Shown piece after piece: positions 11,039 through 22,019 of a stretch of DNA of 64,000 bases (positions within the stretch are counted from its first letter, which is position 1; the number at the start of each line of letters is the position of its first letter). Under the pieces are notes generated by a model. The model ran no database searches, was not told the origin of the DNA, and saw only the letters and a program-made list of their open reading frames with translations. A program made the position numbers and the translations under genes. This DNA is from an uncultured Eubacteriales bacterium. GTDB lineage: Bacteria > Acidobacteriota > Aminicenantia > Aminicenantales > CALLJL01. Location of the stretch: the NCBI GenBank assembly GCA_964627255.1, contig CAZVIN010000042.1, forward strand, positions 249-64,248, written 5' to 3'.

Positions 11039-11835
11039 TTGTTTACCGGACAGCGGAGGAAATTGCCCTGATTAGGCAGAGCAGTCAAATGGTGGCGCTG
11101 ATTCTTTCTGAGCTCAAAGCTTTGATTAAGCCGGGGACAATGACCAAAGAATTAGACGAATACGCCGAAGAAAGGATCAGGGCTCTTGGCGGCCGGCCAG
11201 CTTTCAAAGGTTATCGGGGATTTCCTGCCTCCCTTTGCACCTCGGTCAATGAAGAAATCGTTCACGGCATTCCATCTTCTCGCCGTCTCCAGGAAGGCGA
11301 TATTATTAGCCTCGACTTTGGAGTCATTTACCGCGGTTATTATGGAGATGGAGCCGTTACCTATCCGGTTGGCAACATTTCCCCCTTAGCCCAGAGATTA
11401 ATTGATACCGCTGAGAAAGCTCTTTACCAGGGGTTGGAGAAGGTAAGGTCAGGGAACCGCATTTCGGACATTTCCCACGCTATCCAGACTTATGTGGAAT
11501 CAAAGGGTTTTTCGATTATCCGGTCTTTTGTCGGTCATGGAATCGGCCAGGCGCTGCATGAAGAGCCACAGGTACCTAATTTTGGGCCGCCCGGCCGGGG
11601 CGCTTTAATTCGGCCAGGTCTAACCTTGGCCATTGAACCGATGATTTCGGCGGGTGATTGGCGGGAAGAAATCCTAAATGACGGTTGGACAGCCGTGACT
11701 CGAGACAGGAGTCTGGCCGCCCATTTCGAGCACACAGTTGTCACTACTCCTGAAGGCGTTGAGATATTAACTCTGATTCCGGAGAAGAAAAACCTAGGTC
11801 TTTGGACTATGGAGGCCCGGCGTGCCCAAAGCTGA
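11035..11835 (+). CDS. map: Methionine aminopeptidase type I
   Basis: [14 protein letters not shown]-x10-D, GHGIG..LHEEP, EPM, HFEHT metal ligands. Confidence 0.98.
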   Translation: MIVYRTAEEIALIRQSSQMVALILSELKALIKPGTMTKELDEYAEERIRALGGRPAFKGYRGFPASLCTSVNEEIVHGIPSSRRLQEGDIISLDFGVIYRGYYGDGAVTYPVGNISPLAQRLIDTAEKALYQGLEKVRSGNRISDISHAIQTYVESKGFSIIRSFVGHGIGQALHEEPQVPNFGPPGRGALIRPGLTLAIEPMISAGDWREEILNDGWTAVTRDRSLAAHFEHTVVTTPEGVEILTLIPEKKNLGLWTMEARRAQS

Positions 11836-12040
11836 CGTTATTGAGGTCGAAGGCGTGGTGGTTGAAGCCTTGCCTAATGCTATGTTTCGGGTTGAATTAG
11901 CCAATAAGCATCGTATTCTGGCTCAGGTTTCAGGCCGGATGAGGAAACATTTTATCCGGATTTTACCCGGAGACAGAGTTTTAGTGGAACTTTCCCGTTA
12001 TGATTTGACGAAGGGAAGAATCACTTATCGGTTCAAATAG
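11822..12040 (+). CDS. infA: Translation initiation factor IF-1
   Basis: [36 protein letters not shown]. Confidence 0.99.
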   Translation: MPKADVIEVEGVVVEALPNAMFRVELANKHRILAQVSGRMRKHFIRILPGDRVLVELSRYDLTKGRITYRFK

Positions 12041-12050
12041 GGAGCTGGCT

Positions 12051-12164
12051 ATGAAGGTTCGAGCATCGGTAAAAAAGATTTGTCGGAATTGCAAGATCAT
12101 CCGACGCAAGGGTACCCTGAGGGTTATTTGTACCAACCCCAGGCATAAACAAAGACAAGGATGA
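12051..12164 (+). CDS. rpmJ: 50S ribosomal protein L36 (not in the ORF track)
   Basis: Hand translation [37 protein letters not shown]; GGAG SD upstream. Confidence 0.98.
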   Translation: MKVRASVKKICRNCKIIRRKGTLRVICTNPRHKQRQG

Positions 12165-12176
12165 AGCGAGGCGACC

Positions 12177-12551
12177 ATGGCAAGAATAGCAGGAGTAACT
12201 TTACCTCCGAACAAGCGGGTTGAGGTTGGCTTAACTTATATTTTCGGCATCGGTAGGTCTAAAGCGCATAAAATCCTAAGCGAAGCGCGCGTCGATAAGA
12301 ATAAAAAAGTTAAGGATTTAAGCGAGGAAGAGATTAACCGGATTCGTCAAATCATCGAGACGCGGGAAAAGGTGGAAGGTGACCTGAGGAAGGAAGTCAC
12401 CCAAGACATCAAGCGGCTTATCGATATCGGCTGCTATCGTGGTTTAAGACACAAGCGCAACCTGCCGGTTCGAGGACAAAGGACAAGAACTAACGCCCGG
12501 ACGCGAAAAGGACCAAGAGGGCATCTAATAAAAAAGATGAAGACAAAATAA
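12177..12551 (+). CDS. rpsM: 30S ribosomal protein S13
   Basis: [41 protein letters not shown]. Confidence 0.99.
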   Translation: MARIAGVTLPPNKRVEVGLTYIFGIGRSKAHKILSEARVDKNKKVKDLSEEEINRIRQIIETREKVEGDLRKEVTQDIKRLIDIGCYRGLRHKRNLPVRGQRTRTNARTRKGPRGHLIKKMKTK

Positions 12552-12575
12552 GGGTGAGAAGGGAGGCTTAGAATC

Positions 12576-12968
12576 ATGGCTCAACCAAAGCCGAAGTCGA
12601 AGCGAAAAAAGATAAGAAAAGAGGTGGGTTTTGCTGTCGCCCATATCCAGTCAACATTCAATAATACTATCGTGACGATCAGTGACCACGAAGGGAACAC
12701 CTTATGTTGGGCAAGTTCAGGGACTTGTGGGTTTAAAGGAGCGCGTAAAGGGACTCCCTTTGCTGCTCAATTAGCGGCCAAAGAGGCCGCCTCCAAGGCC
12801 CGGGAACTTGGTGTGAAATACGTTGATGTTAGGATTAAGGGCCCCGGCGCTGGTCGCGAGTCAGCTATCCGGGCGCTGCAAGGAGCTGGTTTGGAAATAA
12901 AATCAATTCGAGATGTGACTCCCATCCCCCATAACGGCTGCCGGGTGCCGAGACGTCGGCGAGTTTAA
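12576..12968 (+). CDS. rpsK: 30S ribosomal protein S11
   Basis: [40 protein letters not shown]. Confidence 0.99.
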   Translation: MAQPKPKSKRKKIRKEVGFAVAHIQSTFNNTIVTISDHEGNTLCWASSGTCGFKGARKGTPFAAQLAAKEAASKARELGVKYVDVRIKGPGAGRESAIRALQGAGLEIKSIRDVTPIPHNGCRVPRRRRV

Positions 12969-12996
12969 GGAATGAATCAAAACAAGAGGTGCTAAG

Positions 12997-13623
12997 ATGG
13001 CCAGACATGGTGAGCCGACTTGTCGCTTATGTCGGACCGAGAAAACAAAGCTTTTTTTAAAAGGTCAAAGATGTTTCACGGAGAGATGCCCAGTGGAGCG
13101 ACGGCCTTTTGCTCCTGGTCAGCATGGAAGAATGCGGCGCCGGGTTTTAGGTTATGGTCTTCAATTAAGAGAAAAGCAGAAGCTTAAGAGATATTATGGG
13201 ATGACCGAGAGGCAATTTCGTCTTTTCTTCCATCGGGCTGAACGGATGAAGGGTATTACCGGCGAGAACCTTCTTATTATGCTGGAAAGGCGTCTGGATA
13301 ACGTGATTTATTTGGCTGGTTTCGCTCTATCGCGCTCTAATGCTCGGCAGCTGGTTAGCCATGGACATTTTCTGATTAATGGGCAAAAAGTTGATGTCCC
13401 TTCGTATCTGGTTAAAGTTGGCGAAACTATTGAATTCAAACCCCGCTCAGCCAAGAATGAAAACTTGCGGGCGATAATAGCTGAAAGCCGGAATAAAACC
13501 TTGCCCAGCTGGCTCGAAGTAGATTGGGATGAGGCAAGAATCAAAATCCTGGCTTTGCCCACACGACAGGATGTGACCCTGCCCGTGGAGGAGCATCTTG
13601 TTGTCGAGCTTTATTCCAAGTAA
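12997..13623 (+). CDS. rpsD: 30S ribosomal protein S4
   Basis: CRLCR...LKGQRC, YGLQLREKQK, LERRLDNV, ARQLVSHGH. Confidence 0.99.
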   Translation: MARHGEPTCRLCRTEKTKLFLKGQRCFTERCPVERRPFAPGQHGRMRRRVLGYGLQLREKQKLKRYYGMTERQFRLFFHRAERMKGITGENLLIMLERRLDNVIYLAGFALSRSNARQLVSHGHFLINGQKVDVPSYLVKVGETIEFKPRSAKNENLRAIIAESRNKTLPSWLEVDWDEARIKILALPTRQDVTLPVEEHLVVELYSK

Positions 13624-13661
13624 TTTTTTAAGAAGAAAGGCCGGCCAAAGGAGGTAGGAAA

Positions 13662-14690
13662 ATGGAATTTGGGTTTCAGAGGCCACGTTTCATCGAGGTT
13701 GATTATGAAACTTTAACCGAGACTTTCGGCCGCTTCTCCGCCCAACCCTTCGAACGCGGTTACGGAATAACTGTAGGTAACGCTTTGCGCCGAGTTTTGC
13801 TTTCTTCGATTGTCGGCGCGGCAATAACTGCAGTCCGGATTGAAGGTGTTCTTCATGAATTCTCCACTGTTCCCGGAGTAGTGGAGGATGTCACTGATGT
13901 TATTCTTAACCTCAAGAGTATTCCCATAAAGCTGAAGGGAAATCAACCCAAGACTATGACCCTTAAATTTGCCGGACCAGGCGAAGCGAAGTCTTCTGAT
14001 ATTGTCCATGACGGCGACATCGAGATCCTGGATGGCGATATCCATATAGCTTCCTTGGATGAGGATGGAAAACTGAACATCGAGATGGTCGTGCGGAATA
14101 ATCGAGGTTATATCTCGGCTGACCAGAATTACGATGACACTCTGCCTGTAGATTTTATTCCGCTTGATTCCTCTCATTCACCGATAAAAAAAGTTAATTA
14201 TCGAGTTGAACCGGCGCGAGTCGGCAAGCGAATTGATTATGAAAGCTTGACCCTGGAAATCTGGACGACGGGAGCCATCCGGCCTCAGGACGCCCTCTCT
14301 CAGGCAGCTAAAATTCTCCGCGACCATTTGGCCATTTTCATGAACATCGTCGATGAACCTTTAGAAAGAGAAAGTATTACTGTTAAGAAGGAAATCCCCT
14401 ATTTCAATCAGCTCGACCTCTTGGTAAAACCGATTGACCACCTAGAACTATCTGTCCGTTCCAGCAACTGTCTCCGGGCCGCCGGGATTGACCGGATTTA
14501 TCAGTTGGTCCAGAAAACAGAAGAAGAACTGCTTAAGACCAAGAATTTTGGCCGTAAATCCTTGGCCGAAATAAGGGAAACCTTGGCCAACCTCAATCTG
14601 GGACTAAACCTGGAGCTCCATCCTAAACTATTGGAACGAATTCAAGCGGAAATTCAAGAAGAAAAGAAGCGAAAGGAGTTAGAGGGATGA
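13662..14690 (+). CDS. rpoA: RNA polymerase subunit alpha
   Basis: [33 protein letters not shown], alpha-[12 protein letters not shown]...KNFGRKSL. Confidence 0.99.
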   Translation: MEFGFQRPRFIEVDYETLTETFGRFSAQPFERGYGITVGNALRRVLLSSIVGAAITAVRIEGVLHEFSTVPGVVEDVTDVILNLKSIPIKLKGNQPKTMTLKFAGPGEAKSSDIVHDGDIEILDGDIHIASLDEDGKLNIEMVVRNNRGYISADQNYDDTLPVDFIPLDSSHSPIKKVNYRVEPARVGKRIDYESLTLEIWTTGAIRPQDALSQAAKILRDHLAIFMNIVDEPLERESITVKKEIPYFNQLDLLVKPIDHLELSVRSSNCLRAAGIDRIYQLVQKTEEELLKTKNFGRKSLAEIRETLANLNLGLNLELHPKLLERIQAEIQEEKKRKELEG

Positions 14691-15091
14691 GGCATCTTGT
14701 TAAAGGACGGAAGCTTCGTCGACCTACAGAGCATCGGTTGGCATTATTGAGGAATCTGGTCACTTCTTTTTTAGAAAAAGAAAGGGTAAAAACTACCTTA
14801 GCTAAAGCCAAGGAGACTCGTCCTTTGGCTGAGAAAATGATTACTCTTGCGAAGCGGAACACTCTCCATGCCCGTCGCCGGGCTCTGGCTTTTTTGCGGA
14901 AAGAAGAGGTGGTGACTAAGTTGTTCGACCAGCTTGGCCCGCGGTTTGCAGAACGGCCAGGTGGCTATTCGCGGCTGGTCAAATTAGGCCCGCGCAAAGG
15001 GGATGGAGCCCCGATGGCCATGTTGGAACTTATTGGTTCTGAATTCAAGAAAAAAGAAAAGAAGAAGAAAGAAAAAAAGAAACCCGCTTAG
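14687..15091 (+). CDS. rplQ: 50S ribosomal protein L17
   Basis: [33 protein letters not shown]. Confidence 0.99.
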   Translation: MRHLVKGRKLRRPTEHRLALLRNLVTSFLEKERVKTTLAKAKETRPLAEKMITLAKRNTLHARRRALAFLRKEEVVTKLFDQLGPRFAERPGGYSRLVKLGPRKGDGAPMAMLELIGSEFKKKEKKKKEKKKPA

Positions 15092-15199
15092 TTTCTGACC
15101 GGCCTCTCTCCAAAAAGTTCGCAAGAAATTATTCGAGGCTGGGCTTCAGTTTCTCGCCTTTCTTAAGGATTTCCTAAAAAGGGACTTTGGAATGCTATC

Positions 15200-16645
15200 C
15201 TATCCGGTGATGCGAATCCGTTGCCCGGGCCGGATTAATTTTGGGTTTTTGAGGTTATTTAATCTAACCAGATGGTCAACAGTCGTCCGGTAACGACGGG
15301 CAATAGAGGAAAGAGTATCTCCTGGTTTGACGATATGAACCGTTGGTTCAGGCGGTATCCAGGTGGGGAGATTCTGGATAGTTAAGAGAGCGGCCTCCGC
15401 CGTGCCGACAGGGATCTTGAGCTCATAATCATAATTGGGAGTTCCATCTTGACGAAGTTCGGAATTGAGGAAAATCAGCTCCGCTTGGTCAAGGTTCAGC
15501 GCTTTGGCTAAAGCCGATAGCTTTACCGGCCGGTTAATCTTTATTGTTTCCCACTTAAGAGGAGGGAAAGGCTCGGGCAAATTAAACCCGTATTTTTCCG
15601 GGTACTTGATAATCAGGAGAGCGGCGATGAACCGGGGCACAAACCGGGCTGTCTCATGAGGTAAACGGCGGTAAAGGTCCCAAAAGTTATCCAAATAGTT
15701 AACCCGCTGGGTCCTAATGACATTCTGGACTTTGATTTCTCCACAATTATAGGCGGCCAGAGCAGTTGTCCAATCGCCGAAGAGGTTATGGAGTTCGGAG
15801 AGATAGCGAATAGCTGCCCGAGTGGATTTAACCGGGTCCATTCTTTCATCCACCCAGCGGTCTCGTTTGAGCCCGAAGCGATACCCGGTAGAAGCAATAA
15901 ATTGCCAGAGGCCAAGAGCCTGCGAACGGGAAAGGGCTTTGACCTTATAAAAGCTTTCGATAAGCGGTAGCCAGACGAGTTCTTCGGGCAAGCCAGCTTG
16001 TCTAAGCTCCTCAAGGATTATTTCCCGATAAAAACCCGACCTTTGGTAGGCTTCTTCAAAAGCCTTTCTTTCTTTGGTTCGGAAGGATTCGATTTCAGCT
16101 AAAACTTCTTTATTTTCTTCGAGCGGGATGGTTCGATGGTTGTCGCCGACGACGACCAACCGCGAGGCGTGGATTTGCTGAATCTTTTGAGCTATTAGCA
16201 AGCGCAACGCATTCTTCTCCTGGTTAAGAGAAGAATCTGCAGCAAGTTTGGCTTTGAGTAAGAGGCTATAAGCTTTATCTAAAACTTCTATGGCTTCATC
16301 TAATTGGCCAGCTTGCCAGGAATTCTCTGCTTGCTGGCAGAGGCTGAGGGCTTCTTCGAAAAGGGCCGTGGCTTCCTCGTTTTCACTCCCTGGAGTCTTT
16401 TCTTCCTGAAGAACTTCTTGGGCTTCAGCCTGTTTGACTTGCTCCGAAATATTTGTCAGCCGCGGCGGGTTCTTAGTTTCGGCGGCCTCAACGTTGGCCT
16501 TGGGAGAATCAGTTACGGCTTCTTGAGGCTGATTGCTCTTCGCAGGGGGGCTGGCGGGTGGAAGTTTTTCTGGCTTTGGGGCTCGAGAACAAGAAAATAG
16601 GATTAAAAAGATAAAGAATAAATTTAACCCTTTGGCCAGTTTCAT
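15200..16645 (-). CDS. MltD-like lytic transglycosylase lipoprotein with C-terminal LysM
   Basis: Likely ATG at 16645 giving a lipobox LFSC; SLT motifs [17 protein letters not shown]; Lys[17 protein letters not shown]. Confidence 0.9.
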   Translation of the reverse strand: MKLAKGLNLFFIFLILFSCSRAPKPEKLPPASPPAKSNQPQEAVTDSPKANVEAAETKNPPRLTNISEQVKQAEAQEVLQEEKTPGSENEEATALFEEALSLCQQAENSWQAGQLDEAIEVLDKAYSLLLKAKLAADSSLNQEKNALRLLIAQKIQQIHASRLVVVGDNHRTIPLEENKEVLAEIESFRTKERKAFEEAYQRSGFYREIILEELRQAGLPEELVWLPLIESFYKVKALSRSQALGLWQFIASTGYRFGLKRDRWVDERMDPVKSTRAAIRYLSELHNLFGDWTTALAAYNCGEIKVQNVIRTQRVNYLDNFWDLYRRLPHETARFVPRFIAALLIIKYPEKYGFNLPEPFPPLKWETIKINRPVKLSALAKALNLDQAELIFLNSELRQDGTPNYDYELKIPVGTAEAALLTIQNLPTWIPPEPTVHIVKPGDTLSSIARRYRTTVDHLVRLNNLKNPKLIRPGQRIRITG

Positions 16646-16783
16646 TCTCTTACCCTTTGAAGGAAATATTTTTATACCATCCTCGGGAAGCTCCGTCAAC
16701 CCGAAAATAGCTCCTTGATCAAATAGGGCTAATTTTTTAACTAGCCGCCAAAAGGCCTGTTAAAACCGGTTTTTTCGGCGGGT

Positions 16784-17761
16784 TCACCGGCGGACTTTTT
16801 GGCTGTACCAAGCCCAGGCGGTTTTAATAATAGTTTTTATATCGGAATACTCTGGAATCCAGCCGAGCTTTTGCGTGGCCTTTTCTCTTGAGGCTAAAAG
16901 AACCGGGACATCGCCGCGACGGCGGGGCCGGAGGCGAATTTCGACCTTGAGGCCGCTCACCGCTTCCACCTGTTTGATTATTTCTTTTACCGAATAGCCT
17001 TGGCCAGTCCCCAAATTAAAAGCCTCTTGAGTAGGACGCTCGAGCATCAGCTTCAGGGCCAAAACATGGGCTTGGGCCAAGTCTGAAACATGAATATAAT
17101 CACGGACCGCCGTACCGTCGGGGGTGGGGAAATCATCGCCATAAAGTTCGAAGAAAGGTTTTTGGCCTAAAAGATGAAGCATAATATTAGGAATGAGATG
17201 GGTTTCTGGCTGATGGAGTTCACCGAGCTCGCCTTCCGGGTCAGCCCCGGCAGCATTAAAATACCGCAAGGAAACATAACTTAAGTCATGGGCCCGACCC
17301 AAGTCTTCCAGTATCTTTTCGCTGAAAAATTTGGTCTGGCCGTAGGGATTGGCCGGCTGGAGAGGGTGGCTTTCATCTATCGGGATAGCCTGAGGTACTC
17401 CATAGACGGCTGCGCTCGAAGAAAAAACGAATTTTTTTACTCCCGAGGCTAACATTGCATCCAAAAGGTTCAAGGTGGTTATCAAATTATGGGTATAATA
17501 GAGACGGGGGTTGTCATAACTTTCACCCACTTGGATAAGCGCCGCAAAATGGATAACCGCTTCCACTTTATAATCATGGATTACTTCCGCTATTTTCTCC
17601 TTGTCTTGTAAATCAGCCTGGATGAAGCTACCCCCCAGGATTAATTCTCGATGACCTTGAGATAAATTATCAAAAATGACGGGGTCAAAACCTTGCCGCA
17701 GCAAGAGCTTAACTGTATGCGACCCGATATAACCCGCCCCACCTGTAACTAACACTCTCAT
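16784..17761 (-). CDS. galE: UDP-glucose 4-epimerase
   Basis: GGAGYIGSH, FSSSAAVYG, YGQTK, LRYFNAAGA, DGTAVRDYIHV. Confidence 0.95.
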   Translation of the reverse strand: MRVLVTGGAGYIGSHTVKLLLRQGFDPVIFDNLSQGHRELILGGSFIQADLQDKEKIAEVIHDYKVEAVIHFAALIQVGESYDNPRLYYTHNLITTLNLLDAMLASGVKKFVFSSSAAVYGVPQAIPIDESHPLQPANPYGQTKFFSEKILEDLGRAHDLSYVSLRYFNAAGADPEGELGELHQPETHLIPNIMLHLLGQKPFFELYGDDFPTPDGTAVRDYIHVSDLAQAHVLALKLMLERPTQEAFNLGTGQGYSVKEIIKQVEAVSGLKVEIRLRPRRRGDVPVLLASREKATQKLGWIPEYSDIKTIIKTAWAWYSQKVRR

Positions 17762-19206
17762 TCGCTCTTTCCTTTAATGAGCTCCTCAGCAAAGCGAAGC
17801 CCCTGTTCCTTGGTCTCAAAGGCTGCCTCCAGCTGAAGTTCATAGAGCTTTTTTAATAATTTCCCTAAGCGAGGGCCGGGTTCAACGCCGAGCGGTATGA
17901 GGTCTCGGCCCATAATCATCGGCCGGATCGTTTCTTGAGTGATGTTCAATTCTGTTAGCTTTTTCCTGAGCCAGACGGCTTGGCGGTCGAATTTTTCGAT
18001 TAACCTAACTTTCCTTCCGGCTCGGTCTGCCTGGTCTAAATAGACCAGCAATTCAATCTCGCCCTTGGCTTCAGCCATAAGGCGGTTAAAAGCTTTTTTG
18101 GTGACAAAGCGACGGTTTTGCCAAAGTTCAGCCAGCCGGTGGTGGAGGCGGACCAGCAAAGGCACTAATTCCCTCAGGTTGCAGTCTTCCCAGGAATAAA
18201 TTTTGTGGCGGGCCAAGAACTCCCGAGTCATTTTTTCGCTGATTACGTCATGGTAGTTATTGGTTATGACCATTCGGCCCTTTTTAAACTCCCAATCAAC
18301 GGTTTTCGGTTTTCCAACATCATGAAGGAGACAGGCTAAAAGGAGGGCTAATCTTTTGCCTGGGAGCAACGCGACCAAGTCGGCAACTCTTTGTCCTTGG
18401 TCAACGGTCAACTTGGTATGATGCCAGACCGTATGATTGCCATACTCGTCCTTTTCTGGGTGGAAAACCGGGTCCTGGAGGCAAAAGGTAAGGGCATAGA
18501 GTTCAGGAAAAAGTTTTTTTAGAGCTGACAGACGCCACAATTCTTCCAGGCCGCGGGAGGGACGCCGGGATTGAAGGAGCATTTTGAAAAGCTCCTCATT
18601 TATTCTTTCGATGCTCAGTCCCTTTAGTTCGATTGTTTTACAGGTTTCATAAATAGAAGGGTCAACAGAAAAGTTGAGCACTGCCGCAAAACGGGCGACG
18701 CGCAAAACACGCAACGGGTCCTCAGGAAAGGCGGGGGGGTTCGTAAGGCGGATGACTTTTTCCCGGATATCTTGAGCGCCGCCAAAGGGGTCAATCAACA
18801 AGCCATCTTTTAACCTTAAGGCTAGGCTGTTGCAACGAAAATCTCTTCTTTCCAAGTCTTTTTCCAAAGGAAGATAGGGGTTGGCGTGGATAAAAAAATC
18901 CTTATGGCTGGTGATTTCAGTTAGCCGAGGAATCTCTTGGCGCGGCAAGGCGACATCGTAAGTTTTTTTATCAACAGTAAATTTAATGATTCCAAAACTT
19001 TTTCCGACCAGGTCTACTTTTCCGTAGGGCTTGAGTTTTTTGATTATTATTTCGAGGGGATGCTCGATGACGAGAATATCCACATCCTCAGAAGGAACCC
19101 CCCGGATAAGGTCGCGGACATAGCCGCCCACCGCATAGACTTTACTGCCAAAAAGCTGGACGAAAAGCCGGCGATGTCTGAAATCCACCTTAAGTTTTTC
19201 TCTCAT
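17758..19206 (-). CDS. cca: Class II tRNA nucleotidyltransferase (CCA-adding family) with HD domain
   Basis: VGGYVRD, DVD, DLERRDF..N, EDPLRVLRVARFAA, ERINEE, LLHDVGKP. Confidence 0.85.
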   Translation of the reverse strand: MREKLKVDFRHRRLFVQLFGSKVYAVGGYVRDLIRGVPSEDVDILVIEHPLEIIIKKLKPYGKVDLVGKSFGIIKFTVDKKTYDVALPRQEIPRLTEITSHKDFFIHANPYLPLEKDLERRDFRCNSLALRLKDGLLIDPFGGAQDIREKVIRLTNPPAFPEDPLRVLRVARFAAVLNFSVDPSIYETCKTIELKGLSIERINEELFKMLLQSRRPSRGLEELWRLSALKKLFPELYALTFCLQDPVFHPEKDEYGNHTVWHHTKLTVDQGQRVADLVALLPGKRLALLLACLLHDVGKPKTVDWEFKKGRMVITNNYHDVISEKMTREFLARHKIYSWEDCNLRELVPLLVRLHHRLAELWQNRRFVTKKAFNRLMAEAKGEIELLVYLDQADRAGRKVRLIEKFDRQAVWLRKKLTELNITQETIRPMIMGRDLIPLGVEPGPRLGKLLKKLYELQLEAAFETKEQGLRFAEELIKGKSE

Positions 19207-19228
19207 TAGCCTTTAAGTGCGTTTTTCT

Positions 19229-19258
19229 ATTATAAGTAACGAGGAGGAATTAAAGCAA
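19229..19258 (-). promoter_or_regulatory. Putative sigma70 promoter for cca-galE
   Basis: Minus strand TTGCTT-18 nt-TATAAT just upstream of the ATG at 19206. Confidence 0.5.
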
Positions 19259-19692
19259 CCGGCTTCTGTTTAATCTTGGCTTGACCTCCTTATAAATAGC
19301 TAAGGGGGGCATTTAACTCTACCTTGTTATACAATTGCCGCCCGTTTTCAAATCACCTTGCGATAGGCGGTCATCTTTTAATTCTTAAGGTTTGATTCCT
19401 CTATTTAATTTAGAATCAGCCAAAAAGTGATTTTTAAGTGAATAATATTCTCAGGCAACTAATTTTAGCAGCCAAACCCATGCTCATTTTTAAGGGGAAC
19501 TCCGCACTAAACTGATAAGCGCCATTAATTCTAATTACCGCTATCTTTTAGCCAGATAATTAGGGCCAAAAAACAATAATTGAGAAAGGAACCAATAAGC
19601 TTGGATTGCGAGCCGCTGTTTTCTACCTGCTCCCCTTGTGCTTAGCAACGCTATCAGGTATTATCAAGGAGGTTAATTAGAAAGGATGTCGC

Positions 19693-20613
19693 GTGAGGCT
19701 TTCAATTTATCTTGACTCGACTTGGAGGCTGAAATTTTTGGTCGGGCTCTTTTCTTTTTATCTTCTCTTTATTTTAGTTTTACTTTCTCCTGCGGCCGCG
19801 GCCAAGAAAGACATTGAAATAGTCCTTGAGGAGAAGCGGCTTGAAGGCTTGAGTTCTTCTGGCCTGACCATTAATTTTATTTTACGGGTGATTAACAACT
19901 CTGCGGTCGAATATCAACTGGCGCGCACGGCCAACAGGGTGCTCGTTAATCAGGAGGAATTCTTCCGGATTGACACCCCGGTTGAACCGGCCATTCCTAT
20001 CCCCGCGGCTTCAAGCACCTTGATTACTGTCCCCGTTAAGATTACCTATGATTACCTTTTTCAGACTATTCCTATGCTTAAGGGCGAAGAAAGGTTCAAT
20101 TGCACTTTAAGCGGGCTTTTTTCCTTTTTTGACCCCCGGCGCCGTGAACTGAAGATTCCGCTGGCGGTGGCTGCCGACTTTCCGCTCTTCCATGATTGGA
20201 AAATAGACCTCCTTCCGGTTCAGGTTAAAAGCCTTAGCTTGGGCGGAGCAGAGGTGGAATTTGGCGTTTGTTTCATTAACTCCAATGCTTCCAATTGGAT
20301 TTTGCGCCACTTAACCTATCGCCTCGAGTTTTCGGATAAGCCCATCCAGAGCGGACAGCAAACCTTTCAAGATTCACTCGGGCCGGGAGAGGGGAAGAAG
20401 TTGACGCTACCCCTGCTGCTTGATTTTTTTGAGCTGGGACCAGAGCTGGCACCAGCAATGGAAGGCGAGGCTATCGACGTTAACTTTTCTGGAGAAATAG
20501 AGATTGAAAGCGAGTGGGGCAGGTTTAGATGGCCTTTTGTCAGCAAACAAAAACTGGCCGTGGTCAGGCAATCCGGAGAAATTAGGGCTGGTAAGGAAAC
20601 TGATTTCGATTAA
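19693..20613 (+). CDS. Exported/anchored protein with two LEA_2 (WHy)-like domains
   Basis: N-terminal hydrophobic segment; two repeats of the pattern hydrophobic strand-N-x-N/S...L..L.Y (FILRVINNSAVEYQL; FGVCFINSNASNWILRHLTYRL). Confidence 0.6.
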   Translation: MRLSIYLDSTWRLKFLVGLFSFYLLFILVLLSPAAAAKKDIEIVLEEKRLEGLSSSGLTINFILRVINNSAVEYQLARTANRVLVNQEEFFRIDTPVEPAIPIPAASSTLITVPVKITYDYLFQTIPMLKGEERFNCTLSGLFSFFDPRRRELKIPLAVAADFPLFHDWKIDLLPVQVKSLSLGGAEVEFGVCFINSNASNWILRHLTYRLEFSDKPIQSGQQTFQDSLGPGEGKKLTLPLLLDFFELGPELAPAMEGEAIDVNFSGEIEIESEWGRFRWPFVSKQKLAVVRQSGEIRAGKETDFD

Positions 20614-20891
20614 TTAACTTGGTTCTCACGATTCCGGCGGCGTCATTATTTCACGCTCCACCAAAGGTAGGGGAGCCGTTTATATGATATAGGATTAATT
20701 AATTATAGATCATCGGCCCCTTTCTGCGGGCCTGAGGGTGAGATAAAATTATAGATAATTGGCGGTAAAAGAATTCAGTCTTGGAAATGAAAGCTGTATC
20801 AAGTCTTAATTTAAACTCAAATTTTACGGCTCTTAGGTTTTATAATCGAAGAATGAGGGTTTTGTTTTGTCGTCGGCAGTGAGGAGACCGG

Positions 20892-21749
20892 ATGATTTCG
20901 GTGATTATTCCTACCTATAACCGAGGCCAGTTTATAACTGAAGCCATGCAATCAGTTTTTTCTCAGACTGTTTTTCAGCCTGATTCTGAAAGGTATTCTT
21001 TTGAAATTGTCGTCATCGACGACGGGTCGACGGATAAAACTAAAGAGGCAATTAAGAATCTCTCCGGACCAATTCGCTATTATTACCAAGAACATCAGGG
21101 AGTCAGCCGGGCGCGGAATCGGGGGCTCGAATTAGCCAGAGGGGAGTTTATTGCCTTTTTAGATTCTGATGACCTCTGGTTGCCGGAAAAGATGAAGCTC
21201 CAGATGAACGTCATGGAAACCTTTCCCCAGCTCATGGGTTGCACCGCTGAAGAGGTCTGGATTCGTCGCGGCAAGAGAGTTAATGCAAAAAAAAGACACA
21301 AGAAATATTCTGGCTGGATTTTTCCCCACGCCTTACCTCTCTGCATTCTCAGCCTTTCGGCCTCGCTTTTTCGGCGGCAAGTTTTTGAGGTTATAGGCAA
21401 TTTTGATGAAACTCTGCCGGCTTGTGAAGACTATGATTTTTGCCTGCGCTACTCGCTGCGCTATCCCCTTCATCTTATTGACCGGCCCTTAATCATCAAA
21501 CGAGGCGGCCATCCCGACCAGCTTACGCGTCGATTTTGGGGGCTGGACCGGTTTCGACTGCAATCTTTATTCAAGCTTCTTAGCTTTAACCTGAGCCCTG
21601 AACAACGCCGGCTTGTTTGCCAGGAGATAGTTCGTAAAGCCCAAATTCTTCAAGCGGGCGCCGCCAAGAGAAAACGAACAGAGGAGGCTCAGTATTATCA
21701 AAACATTATTGACCGGTTTAAACTGGAGGCCTCTCCATTTTGGCCTTAG
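20892..21749 (+). CDS. Family 2 glycosyltransferase
   Basis: SVIIPTYNR, IDDGSTD, FLDSDD, EDYDF. Confidence 0.92.
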   Translation: MISVIIPTYNRGQFITEAMQSVFSQTVFQPDSERYSFEIVVIDDGSTDKTKEAIKNLSGPIRYYYQEHQGVSRARNRGLELARGEFIAFLDSDDLWLPEKMKLQMNVMETFPQLMGCTAEEVWIRRGKRVNAKKRHKKYSGWIFPHALPLCILSLSASLFRRQVFEVIGNFDETLPACEDYDFCLRYSLRYPLHLIDRPLIIKRGGHPDQLTRRFWGLDRFRLQSLFKLLSFNLSPEQRRLVCQEIVRKAQILQAGAAKRKRTEEAQYYQNIIDRFKLEASPFWP

Positions 21750-21967
21750 CCTGGGCCTTTCAAGATAAGTGATAGTGACCCAGCGGCGAATAAAGCTAAA
21801 AAAGTTTACACCTTTTCATTTTTTAGGGCTCAAAATAGGCCAGATAAAATGGAAAGGAACCTTTTTAGCTCATCCTCCCTCCAGAGGAGGCAAAAATCGA
21901 TGGTCTTAATATCTATCTACCTCAAAAGGAGGAATGTTTTCTCGTCCTTTTTAAAAAGAGGTGAGAT

Positions 21968-21996
21968 TTGACCCTCGGCCGGATTGTCCCTATAAT
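21968..21996 (+). promoter_or_regulatory. Sigma70 promoter of thi4
   Basis: TTGACC-17 nt-TATAAT ending 23 nt before the ATG; GGAGG-like SD follows. Confidence 0.75.
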
Positions 21997-22019
21997 TTAG
22001 GTTTCAGCGGAGGCTGGAG

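Noticed and set aside
102-14862. Many antisense and out-of-frame ORFs over the ribosomal operon (e.g. 133-789, 1926-2333, 4805-5338, 13713-14177)
   Set aside because: They fully overlap unambiguous ribosomal, secY or rpoA genes and have no motifs; shadow ORFs
21750-22019. TPP riboswitch upstream of thi4
   Set aside because: No CUGAGA or ACCUGA core, and the promoter lies only 23 nt from the start codon
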